Origin: Candidatus Scatoplasma merdavium
GTDB lineage: Bacteria > Bacillota_I > Bacilli_A > RFN20 > CAG-288
DNA: 28,656 nt
Reading direction: 5' to 3'
Assembly (NCBI GenBank): GCA_017694135.1
Contig: JADING010000051.1
Span: 1 to 28,656, forward strand
Part shown: positions 15,134 through 23,500 of the stretch, piece after piece
Layout: each line of letters starts with the position of its first letter
How positions within the stretch are numbered: position 1 is the stretch's first letter
Program-made: the position numbers and the translations under genes
Notes under the pieces: generated by a model
Seen by the model: the letters and a program-made list of their open reading frames with translations, nothing else
Told to the model about the DNA's origin: nothing
Databases searched by the model: none

Positions 15134-17566
15134 ATGAAAAAAAAGGTATTTGCTTTACCGATCGCCTTATTGTGTTTGTTTGGTCTAGTCGCTTGTGACG
15201 ATTCCACTTCTTCTAGCGTTTCCAGTTCCAGCGCTTCTAGTTCTACTAGTTCTACAACAAGTTCTGTAACAAGTTCTACAACAAGTTCTAGTTCCGAATC
15301 GATTGTAGAGACAAATTATACTAGCGTTGCTATTAACAACAAAACTGAATTAACCGCTGAATGGCATGCTAACGAAGCTGATCGCGAGTTAGATATTGTT
15401 ATTTCTCCTGAAGGAAATATTGATTATCTTATTTCTAAAGGTGTAATCGTAGTTACTTCTTCTGATACTGCCGTAGCTGTTGTTTCTGGCGCTCATATTT
15501 ACCCGGTTGGTGCAGGTAGTGTTACTATTACAGTAACTGTTAACAATCCTGATGGCACTACTTTATCTGACACTGTTGAATTGAATATTTTAGAATCTTT
15601 AACTGAACCCGATTATGTTGCTGCGACAAATATTGCGGCAATTATTAATGATACCGAACACGCTGATAAGACCGTTGTTTATCGCTTAAAGACTACAGTT
15701 AAAAGCTTAGGTCAAAAAGCGACTGATACTTCTGCGGGTGACTATGGTAACCTTCATGTTTCTGATGCTTCTTATGAAGACTTGTTGGTTTATGGTTCGA
15801 CTGTCAATGCTAGTGCTTTAACTTATTCATTAGCTACGAAACAGTACACCTTTAGTAATCCTAAAAATTATCAACTCAATGAAACTACTAAGAATATAAA
15901 AGTTGGCGATGAGTTAATTGCTTATGTTATCCGCGATGAATACAATGGCACAAAGCAAATTAATGCTGTTATTTTAGCTGTCAATGGCACTCCGGTTTCT
16001 AACACTCAAATGACCAGTGATGAATTTGAAGGTGAAACTGAGCCTGATGCCCGTTATTTCCATGAAGTTACTGGTAAAATTACTACGATTGATAGTACCG
16101 AGTATGGAAACTTACATATTAAAACCGAAGGCTCTGATAAAGAAGTTTATGTGTATGGTTTAACCTCTACTACTACCGCTTTAACTTTTGATGAAGCTAC
16201 TGGTTTACCTGCTTTTGATAATCCGAAAGATTACTCCACTAATGAAGCTACTAAGAACCTTAAGGTTGGTGATACTATCACTGTTCGCGGTATTTATGAA
16301 AAGTACAATGAAACTCGCGAACTCATGGGTATTTTAATTCCGACAGTCGACAAAGCAGAAAAAGCTACAAAGATTTCTGAAATTGTCGAAGTTGGTCAAG
16401 AAGCTGAAGTAACCGGTGTTGTTGCCGCTAAAAATAGCAATGCTTTAGTTATTTCTGATGGTGAAGCCTCTATTTACTATTACGATAGAGATGTTGTTGG
16501 TAACTTTGAAGTTGGTGATTATGTTAAAGCTTCTGGTAGTATTGGTGCTAACAATGGTGTTTTGCAGTTCAGTTACAGCGGCTCTTCTCTTGAGAAAGTT
16601 CAAGATGGAACTGCCCCAACTCTTCCTCAAGCTACACCTTTAACCGCTGAAATTGCTGATGGTTTTGCTACCAATCCTTATTCAACTACAGCTAATAAAC
16701 TTTATACCTGGGATACTATTATCGGCGAAGCAGGTAGTTTTGCTACCTATCCAATTGATGGTTCTGATACTGTCATTGAAGCTCCATACAGCAATTGGGG
16801 TGAGGCTGGTAAGAAGTATACTGTTACTGGTTACTATGTTGGTTATGAAACCAAAAACAAGTATGCTACCTTTGTCTTTACTGATGTCAAAGCAATCACT
16901 GTCAACGCTACTGCCGTTGAATTGTCTGGTTCTAGTACAGTTGAAGTTGGTGCTAAAACAACTTTAGTTGCTACTCCGACACCCGCTGAAGCTACTGACA
17001 CCTGGACTTGGACTTCTTCAAAGCCTGAGATTGCCACTGTTGAAAACGGTGTTGTAACTGGTGTTAAAGAAGGTGAAACTACTATTACTGTTACTTCTGC
17101 TACTACAGCTACTGTTACAGATACTTTCACTGTTAACGTCGTTCCTGCAACCGTTAAAGAAACCATTGCAAGTTATAACTTTGTTAACTATGAAGGGTTA
17201 ACTGGAAACTCAGACTCCTATAAAACAGCTGATTTGCAAAAGGTCTTCGATGATTGCATAGGCGATGATCAATCAAACAAAGCGACAATTACTGCTACTG
17301 ATAAAATCTCTGCTGGTTATAGTAGTAAAGGTGAAACTTTTTATCAATTTGGATTAAAAGCTGGTACTAGTTCAAAAAATGGATATATTGATCTATCCTT
17401 TGCCAACGAAACTGTCGAAACAGTTAAAATTAAAGCCATCGGCTGGAAAGCTTCTGATAAGTTAGGCGTGTCTACATCAGGTACCCCTACTAATTACACC
17501 ACTATATCTAATATGGGTTATGCCATATGGGTTATGCCGATGAAGGTGCTGCCCTTACTGAATTAA
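15134..17566 (+). CDS. Surface lipoprotein with two Big_2 Ig-like domains and a tandem OB-fold array; C-terminus frameshifted (833 aa to 17649 if the 14-nt duplication is removed)
   Basis: Lipobox LVA-C, Ser/Thr tether. Big_2 motifs TSSDTAVAVVSG...GSVTITVT and WTSSKPEIATVENGVVTGVKEGETTITVT. Internal 120-aa repeat (YGNLH...NPK.Y..NE.TKN.KVGD) plus further OB-like units (EVTGVVAA...FEVGDYVKASG). Confidence 0.8.
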   Translation: MKKKVFALPIALLCLFGLVACDDSTSSSVSSSSASSSTSSTTSSVTSSTTSSSSESIVETNYTSVAINNKTELTAEWHANEADRELDIVISPEGNIDYLISKGVIVVTSSDTAVAVVSGAHIYPVGAGSVTITVTVNNPDGTTLSDTVELNILESLTEPDYVAATNIAAIINDTEHADKTVVYRLKTTVKSLGQKATDTSAGDYGNLHVSDASYEDLLVYGSTVNASALTYSLATKQYTFSNPKNYQLNETTKNIKVGDELIAYVIRDEYNGTKQINAVILAVNGTPVSNTQMTSDEFEGETEPDARYFHEVTGKITTIDSTEYGNLHIKTEGSDKEVYVYGLTSTTTALTFDEATGLPAFDNPKDYSTNEATKNLKVGDTITVRGIYEKYNETRELMGILIPTVDKAEKATKISEIVEVGQEAEVTGVVAAKNSNALVISDGEASIYYYDRDVVGNFEVGDYVKASGSIGANNGVLQFSYSGSSLEKVQDGTAPTLPQATPLTAEIADGFATNPYSTTANKLYTWDTIIGEAGSFATYPIDGSDTVIEAPYSNWGEAGKKYTVTGYYVGYETKNKYATFVFTDVKAITVNATAVELSGSSTVEVGAKTTLVATPTPAEATDTWTWTSSKPEIATVENGVVTGVKEGETTITVTSATTATVTDTFTVNVVPATVKETIASYNFVNYEGLTGNSDSYKTADLQKVFDDCIGDDQSNKATITATDKISAGYSSKGETFYQFGLKAGTSSKNGYIDLSFANETVETVKIKAIGWKASDKLGVSTSGTPTNYTTISNMGYAIWVMPMKVLPLLN
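15251..15289 (+). repeat. 12-nt tandem repeat (x3) in the Ser/Thr linker
   Basis: tctacaacaagt / tctgtaacaagt / tctacaacaagt. Confidence 0.9.
17511..17538 (+). repeat. Exact 14-nt tandem duplication causing a frameshift
   Basis: atatgggttatgcc at 17511-17524 and again at 17525-17538. Confidence 0.95.
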
Positions 17567-17649
17567 CTTTTGATATCTCAGCATCTAGCACCGTTCACAT
17601 TGAATTCAATCTCCGTGGATTTATCGGTGCGATTGAGTTTATCGGTTAA
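17539..17649 (+). pseudogene. Out-of-frame native C-terminus of the OB/Ig lipoprotein
   Basis: Reads DEGAALTELTFDISASSTVHIEFNLRGFIGAIEFIG-stop, a beta-strand pattern continuing the preceding domain and ending just before the terminator. Confidence 0.85.
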
Positions 17650-17672
17650 GCAGTTTATTAATTTGTAACCTT

Positions 17673-17714
17673 AAAAGCCTTCACTTCATCTAATGAAGTG
17701 TTGGCTTTTTATTT
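17673..17714 (+). terminator. Intrinsic terminator of the nuclease/ABC operon
   Basis: aaaagcc-tt-cacttcat-cta-atgaagtg-tt-ggcttttt-attt. Confidence 0.88.
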
Positions 17715-17973
17715 GAAATGTAAGAAAACTGTTTTGTATTAATGAAACCTGTTATTCCGCTATCTTTATAATTTCTTTAAATGATGAATGGCCTAGGATA
17801 TTTAACAAAATTATTTTTTGCAACATATAAAATTAGTCTATGTTTTTTAGACATTTAATTTGAAAGGGAGTATAAATTAAAAGCAATATTGCTGACTAAA
17901 GATTAACAAATTTTAATTCATTGTGTTTTTACATAATTGATATCATATATAAAAATTTAAACTCAAACAAAAG

Positions 17974-18020
17974 GTGCAATTAATGATAGGGTAAAATCTG
18001 CAATAAAGTGCAATTAATGA
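17974..18020 (+). repeat. 13-bp direct repeat gtgcaattaatga x2
   Basis: Copies at 17974-17986 and 18008-18020 (34-bp period) in the AT-rich gap. Confidence 0.7.
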
Positions 18021-18123
18021 AAATATAGATAGTTTTATAGTTGTTTTTTAAGAGTTTTATTAATAAGATTATGAGTAATAGAGAGTTAATTTTATTTTTG
18101 AATAAGATTACTAATAAAAATCG

Positions 18124-18152
18124 TTGCATCTAGTTTGACAAACTGCTAAAAT
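18124..18152 (+). promoter_or_regulatory. SigA promoter of rplK-rplA with extended -10
   Basis: TTGCAT (18124-18129), 17 nt, TAAAAT (18147-18152) preceded by TG at 18144-18145. Confidence 0.8.
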
Positions 18153-18194
18153 ATCATAGCTTTCGGAAGTGCGTATTTTCGCGCCTTTGAAAGT

Positions 18195-18226
18195 CGTGGG
18201 AGAACAGTTGCTGTTCGTTAACCACG
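18195..18226 (+). promoter_or_regulatory. L1-binding autoregulatory site in the rplK leader
   Basis: cgtgg-GAG-aacag-ttg-ctgtt-cgttaa-ccacg matches the GTGGGAG...ACCAC architecture of Firmicute rplK leaders. Confidence 0.75.
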
Positions 18227-18256
18227 CACGGATACATATATAAAGGAGGATATCGC

Positions 18257-18670
18257 GTGAAAAAGATTCTCAGAACTATGAAAATCGAAGCCATGGGCGG
18301 CGAAGCTAGCCCGGCTAAACTCGGTCAGAAGTTAGGTCCTTACGGCATCGGCGGTAAGTTCTGCGTTAAGTTCAACGCCATGACATCTGATCGCCACGGT
18401 GACTTAGTCCCGTGCATTTTAACGATTTACGAAGATAAGTCTTTCGATATCGTTTTAAAGACTACCCCTGTTACTTTCCTTATTAAAAAGGCCTTGGGTA
18501 TTGAAAAAGGCTCTAAGGATAAGAGTGTTTCTGCCGGAACTATTTCTAAGGAAGAAGTTAAGAAGATTGCTGAGTATAAGATGCAAGACTTAACTGTCGA
18601 TTCTTTAGAAGCTGCTATCCGCTGTGTCGAAGGCACTTGCAAATCAATGGGCGTTAAAATCGCTGAATAA
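18257..18670 (+). CDS. rplK: 50S ribosomal protein L11
   Basis: GTG start with AAAGGAGG RBS; FCVKFN, IYEDKSF, KTTP, KMQDL, EGTCKSMGV; upstream of rplA. Confidence 0.96.
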   Translation: MKKILRTMKIEAMGGEASPAKLGQKLGPYGIGGKFCVKFNAMTSDRHGDLVPCILTIYEDKSFDIVLKTTPVTFLIKKALGIEKGSKDKSVSAGTISKEEVKKIAEYKMQDLTVDSLEAAIRCVEGTCKSMGVKIAE

Positions 18671-18687
18671 GAGAGGGGAGTAACAAG

Positions 18688-19365
18688 ATGAAAAGAGGAA
18701 AGAAATACACTGCTGCTCTCAAGCTTGTTGAAAAGGGTAGAAAATACACTTTAGCTGAAGCTTGTGAGCTTGTTAAATCTACTGCTGTTACCAAATTCGA
18801 TTCGACTATCGACATTTCATTCCATTTGAATTTGGATACAAAACAGCCTGATCAACAGCTTAGAGGTACTATCACTTTACCTTACGGCAATGGTAAAACT
18901 AAGAAAGTTTTAGCTATTACTGCTGCTAAAGTTGAAGAAGCTAAGGCTGCTGGCGCTGATTACGCTGGTGGAGCTGAACTTCTTGAGAAGATTCAAAAAG
19001 AGAACTGGTTTGATTTCGACGTTATCGTCGCTACTCCGGATATGATGGGTCAACTCGGTAAAATGGGCCGTATCTTAGGTCCTAAAGGATTAATGCCTAA
19101 CCCTAAATCTGGTACCGTTTCTCCTGATATCGCTACTGCTGTTAAAGAAATTAAGAATGGTAAGTTAGCTTATCGTGTCGATAAAGATGGAAACCTTCAT
19201 CTTTCTATTGCTCGCGTTTCTTTTGATAACGAAAAAATTCAAACTAACTTACAGACTGTTATCGATACTATTAACCGCATTAAGCCTAGTGCAGTTAAAG
19301 GTACTTACATTTTGTCCGCGACTCTCCACACTACCATGGGTCCGGCTATCAGACTCGCTATCTAA
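18688..19365 (+). CDS. rplA: 50S ribosomal protein L1
   Basis: KFDSTIDI, DQQLRG, FDVIVATPDMM, GRILGPKGLMPNPKSGTV, TTMGP. Confidence 0.99.
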   Translation: MKRGKKYTAALKLVEKGRKYTLAEACELVKSTAVTKFDSTIDISFHLNLDTKQPDQQLRGTITLPYGNGKTKKVLAITAAKVEEAKAAGADYAGGAELLEKIQKENWFDFDVIVATPDMMGQLGKMGRILGPKGLMPNPKSGTVSPDIATAVKEIKNGKLAYRVDKDGNLHLSIARVSFDNEKIQTNLQTVIDTINRIKPSAVKGTYILSATLHTTMGPAIRLAI

Positions 19366-19392
19366 TTGAGTCTAATTAATTAAAAAAGCAAC

Positions 19393-19497
19393 CAATATAC
19401 CATAGACAGCAGCTGCGCAACGCTTAATTCGCTGCCGAGGTAGCAGGAATACTATTGCAAAATCGTTTCTTCCACCTAGAAGGTGATATGGATATTG
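19393..19497 (+). ncRNA. L10 leader (cis-regulatory RNA upstream of rplJ)
   Basis: Core TAGACAGCAG...CTTAA...CTGCCGAGG (19403-19440), closed by caatat/ccat pairing with atgg/atattg; internal cacct-aga-aggtg hairpin. Confidence 0.85.
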
Positions 19498-19524
19498 TTG
19501 CCTATATATTTAGGAGGTGTACAG

Positions 19525-20013
19525 ATGAACCAAGCCATTCTTAACGAGAAAAAAGCTCAGGTTGAGAGACTTAATAGCGAACTTAAAAATGCTAAGTGCG
19601 CTGTCATTGTCACTTATCACAACTTATCGGTTTCGAAGATCAATAAGTTGAGAGCTAATCTCAAAAAGAACAACGGCAAAATGGAGGTCGCCAAGAACAC
19701 TCTTATCAAGAGAGCTCTTGAGGCTGAGCACTTCGAAAAGCTCGAATCTTTATTGCAAGGTCCGAACGCTTTGTTGACTTCTGAAGATGCTACTTCTATT
19801 TTACCTACACTTGCAGACTTCGTTTCTAAGAACAAAGAAATGGAAGTCAAAGGGGCTATCATCGAGGGTACTTTCTGCGATGCCGAACGCGCCATATCTT
19901 TGGCCCATGTCGGTTCGAAAGAAAACGCTCTTTCCATGTTGCTCTCGGCTTTGCAAACCCCGGTTCGCAGCTTTGCTATCGCTTGCAAAGCAGTTGCTGA
20001 ATCGCGCAATTAA
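19525..20013 (+). CDS. rplJ: 50S ribosomal protein L10
   Basis: Start moved to ATG 19525 (AGGAGGT RBS); KLRANL, VAKNTLIKRAL, LQGPNAL, VKGAIIEG; 162 aa. Confidence 0.97.
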   Translation: MNQAILNEKKAQVERLNSELKNAKCAVIVTYHNLSVSKINKLRANLKKNNGKMEVAKNTLIKRALEAEHFEKLESLLQGPNALLTSEDATSILPTLADFVSKNKEMEVKGAIIEGTFCDAERAISLAHVGSKENALSMLLSALQTPVRSFAIACKAVAESRN

Positions 20014-20069
20014 TTTTGTTACAGAGCTATACGCTCAAGCCAATTACTAATTAGGAGGAAATATTGATT

Positions 20070-20441
20070 ATGGCTAAATTAACCAATGAAGAGATCATCA
20101 ACTCGTTAAAAGAGATGACTATTGTTGAAGTCATGGACTTAGTTAAGGCTATCGAAACTGAATTCGGTGTTACCGCTGCTGCCGCTGTTGCTGCTGCTCC
20201 GGCTGCCGCCGCTGCTGAAGATGCCGCTCCGTCTGAAGTTACCGTTATGCTCAAATCTGCTGGTGCCTCTAAGGTCAAGGTCATTAAGGCTGTTCAAAAC
20301 ATCACCGGTATGGGCTTAATGGATGCTAAGAAGATGGTTGACTCTGCTCCGGTCGCTGTCAAAGAAAAGATCTCCCCGGCTGAAGCTGAAGATTATCGCA
20401 AACAGCTCGCTGATGCTGGTGCTGATGTCGAAGTTAAGTAA
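20070..20441 (+). CDS. rplL: 50S ribosomal protein L7/L12
   Basis: ATG 20070 (MAKL); LVKAIETEFGVTAAA, Ala-rich hinge, KVKVIKAV, GLMDAKKMVD. Confidence 0.98.
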   Translation: MAKLTNEEIINSLKEMTIVEVMDLVKAIETEFGVTAAAAVAAAPAAAAAEDAAPSEVTVMLKSAGASKVKVIKAVQNITGMGLMDAKKMVDSAPVAVKEKISPAEAEDYRKQLADAGADVEVK

Positions 20442-20464
20442 TAACTTAATACAATCGCATTGAA

Positions 20465-20498
20465 CTCTTAGGGGCAAAAAGCCCCTAAGAGGTTATTT
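20465..20498 (+). terminator. Terminator/attenuator between rplL and rpoB
   Basis: ctcttaggggc-aaaaa-gcccctaagag, perfect 11-bp stem followed by an interrupted U-tract (gttattt). Confidence 0.8.
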
Positions 20499-20576
20499 GC
20501 TATTTAAAACGATATCAAAAATAGCCTTGTTTGATATGTTTATTTTTAAGGCCTTCAAAAAGGAGAAACACGATAA

Positions 20577-23500
20577 ATGAAAACTTTCGAAGAGATATTT
20601 GCAGGTAAGAAGATCCGCTATTTAGAAAACAATCGCGCTGATTTTTCTAAAATTTCTGGTCAATTACCGCTCCCTTACCTCTGCGAGATTCAAACTGCTT
20701 CTTTCCAGTGGTTGCTCGACGAGGGTATCGAAGAAGTTTTAAAAGACTTCTTTCCCATTAAGAACTCTGATGAGACTATGGAGCTTGATTACGTTTCTTT
20801 GTCTTTTGGAGAACCGAAGAACGATTATTTTGAATGCAAATCATCTTCTTTGACATACTCAGCTCCTTTGCATGTCGTTTTGCGTTTAAAACGCGCTGAT
20901 GGCACCATGCAAGAAGGCAAGATTTTTATGGGTGATTTCCCGATGATGACTCAATCTGGCACCTTTATTATCAACGGCGTTGAAAAGGTCGTTGAATCTC
21001 AGATTGTTAGATCGTCTGGCGCTTATATGCACAAAGATGAAATCGCCGCTTCCGCTTCGTATATTTACGGGGCAGATATAATTCCACAAAGAGGAACTTG
21101 GTTGGAGTTCTTATCTGATCCTAAAGGTGTTTTATATGTTCGTATCGATAAGCAGAAGAAGGTTTCTGCTTCCGTTTTACTCCGCGCTTTAGGCTTGGTT
21201 GATGACGCTGATATCTTAGCCTTATTCGGCGATAACAGCATGCTCGTTCACACTCTTGAAAAGAACCCCGCTCCTAATGATGGAAGAGATATTTCTATCG
21301 ATGCTTTAAAGATTATTTACTCTAAGCTCCGTCCGGGTGAACCGGTTGAAGACTCCGATGTCGCCAGACAAATTCGCACGAGATTCTTCAATCACCGCAA
21401 CTATGATTTAGGCCCGGCTGGACGTTTTAAGATCAATAAAAAACTCGGTATTTACAATCGTTTAATCGGCGCTACTTTAGCTGAAGATTTAATTTCCGCT
21501 AACGGTGAAGTCGTATATGAAGCTGGCACCACTTTAAGCCGCGATATGGTCCTGAAGCTAGCTGAAGAGCACTTCTTTGAAGCTGGTGCGCACGTTTACA
21601 ATTTCCCGCTGAACTTCGATTTAGACGATCACAATATTGTTAACATTGTCAAAGTTTACGCCGATGAAGATCAGACTAAGATTGTTAATGTTGTTGGTAA
21701 CAACATGAACAATCAAGAAGAGTTTGTCACTGCTTCTGATATCATCGCTTGCTTCTCTTATTTCACTAATATCATCGATGGCGTCGGTACGATTGACGAT
21801 ATCGATCATTTGGGGAACAGACGTATTCGTTCTGTTGGGGAACTCATTCAAAATCAGTTCCGCACCGGTTTATCGAGAATGGAAAGAATCATTTCCGATA
21901 AGATGTCTGTTTCTAAAGATAAAGAGAACGTCACACCTGAACAGCTTATTAATATCAAGCCTTTAACTTCTGCTATCAGAGAGTTCTTTAATGTGTCTCA
22001 GCTTTCTCAGTTCATGGATCAGACTAACCCTCTTTCTGAACTCGCTAACAAACGCCGTATTTCAGCTTTAGGTCCTGGTGGTTTAACTAGAGATCGCGCT
22101 TCTTTTGAAGTTAGAGATGTCCACTATTCTCACTACGGACGTATCTGTCCAATCGAAACTCCTGAAGGTCAAAATATCGGTTTAATTTCTAACTTGGCTT
22201 GCTACGCGAAGATCAACAAATACGGTTTTATTGAAACTCCGTATCGCCGCGTTAAAGACAAGGTTGTTTCTGATGTCACTGACTACTTGTCTGCTGATGA
22301 AGAAAGATCGCACATTATCGCTCAAGCTAACGTCAACTTAGACGAGAATCACACCATTACTGACGAGAGAGTTTTAGCTAGATACAATGGAGATACAATT
22401 ATGGCTCGCGCTGAAGATGTCGATTACATCGATGTTTCACCTAAGCAGATTGTTTCTATTTCTTCCGCTTGTATTCCTTTCTTGGAAAACGATGACTCCA
22501 CTCGTGCTCAGATGGGTGGTAACATGCAGCGTCAAGCTTTGCCTTTGCTCCGTCCGCACGCTCCGTATGTTGGAACCGGTTTGGAACACAAGATTGCTAA
22601 AGACTCTGGCTTTGCTGTAATTGCTCAAAACGATTTAGTTGTCAGCTACGTTGACGGAACTAGAATCGATACATTAGAAGGGGAAAACAAGGTCCCTCAT
22701 ACATATAAGCTACGCAAGTTCATGCGTTCTAACCAAGGAACTTGCATTAATCAAAAACCGATTGTCAAAGTAGGTCAATTCGTTAAGAAAGGTGAAATCT
22801 TAGCGGATGGTCCGGCTATGGATAACGGCGATTTAGCCTTGGGTCAAAACGTCGTCATCGCCTTTACCACTTGGCACGGTTACAACTATGAAGACGCTGT
22901 TATTATCTCTCAGCGCTTAGTTAAAGAAGATACTTATACCACTTTACACATCGTTGAATATTCTATCGATCGTCGTAAGACTAAAAACGGTAAAGAGCAG
23001 TTTACCGCCGATGTTCCTAACATTTCTCCGAAGATGAAGGCTCACCTCGATGCCGATGGTATCATCGTTCCTGGTAGCGAAGTCAAAGAAGGTGAAATCT
23101 TAGTTGGTAAAACTTCTCCTAAGGGCGACACTGAAGCTTCGCCGGAAGAGAAACTCTTACAGTCAATCTTCTTAGCTAAGTCTAAAGATCAGAAAGATAC
23201 TTCTTTCCGCGTGCCTCACGGCGGTGGCGGTATTGTTTTAGATGTCAAGCGCTTCTCGAGAGAAAACGGCGATGAACTTCAACCTAACGTCTTAGAAACT
23301 GTAAAGGTCTTAGTTGTTCAAAAACGTAAAATTTCCGAAGGTGACAAGATGTCTGGACGTCACGGTAACAAAGGTGTTATCTCACGTATCGTCCGTGAAG
23401 AGGATATGCCTTATTTAGAGGATGGTACTCCGGTTGATATCTTGCTTAACCCTCTCGGTGTTCCTTCCCGTATGAATATCGGTCAGATTTTAGAAGTCCA

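Noticed and set aside
15137-15144. Poly-A phase-variation tracts at lipoprotein 5' ends (A8 at 15137, A7 at 9940)
   Set aside because: Short and fully explained by Lys codons of the signal-peptide n-region; both are in frame.
16843-17166. Antisense and alternate-frame ORFs in the track (e.g. 16843-17166, 19617-20009, 20051-20284, 13372-13701, 25772-26065)
   Set aside because: They overlap well-supported genes, lack RBS and recognisable motifs, and are expected shadows of biased codon usage.
17926-17953. dif-like Xer site (minus strand TTTATATATGA-TATCAA-TTATGTAAAAA)
   Set aside because: The XerD-like arm matches B. subtilis dif at 9/11 but the XerC arm is poor, the region is very AT-rich, and rpoBC are usually origin-proximal.
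18135-18157. TTGACA at 18135-18140 as the rplK -35 box
   Set aside because: The nearest -10-like hexamer (TATCAT) is only 11 nt away; TTGCAT-17-TAAAAT with an extended -10 fits better.
19483-19524. 14-aa N-terminal extension of L10 (also extensions from 13087 and 20064)
   Set aside because: SD position and family N-termini support ATG 19525, 13096 and 20070; the L10 extension lies inside the leader RNA.
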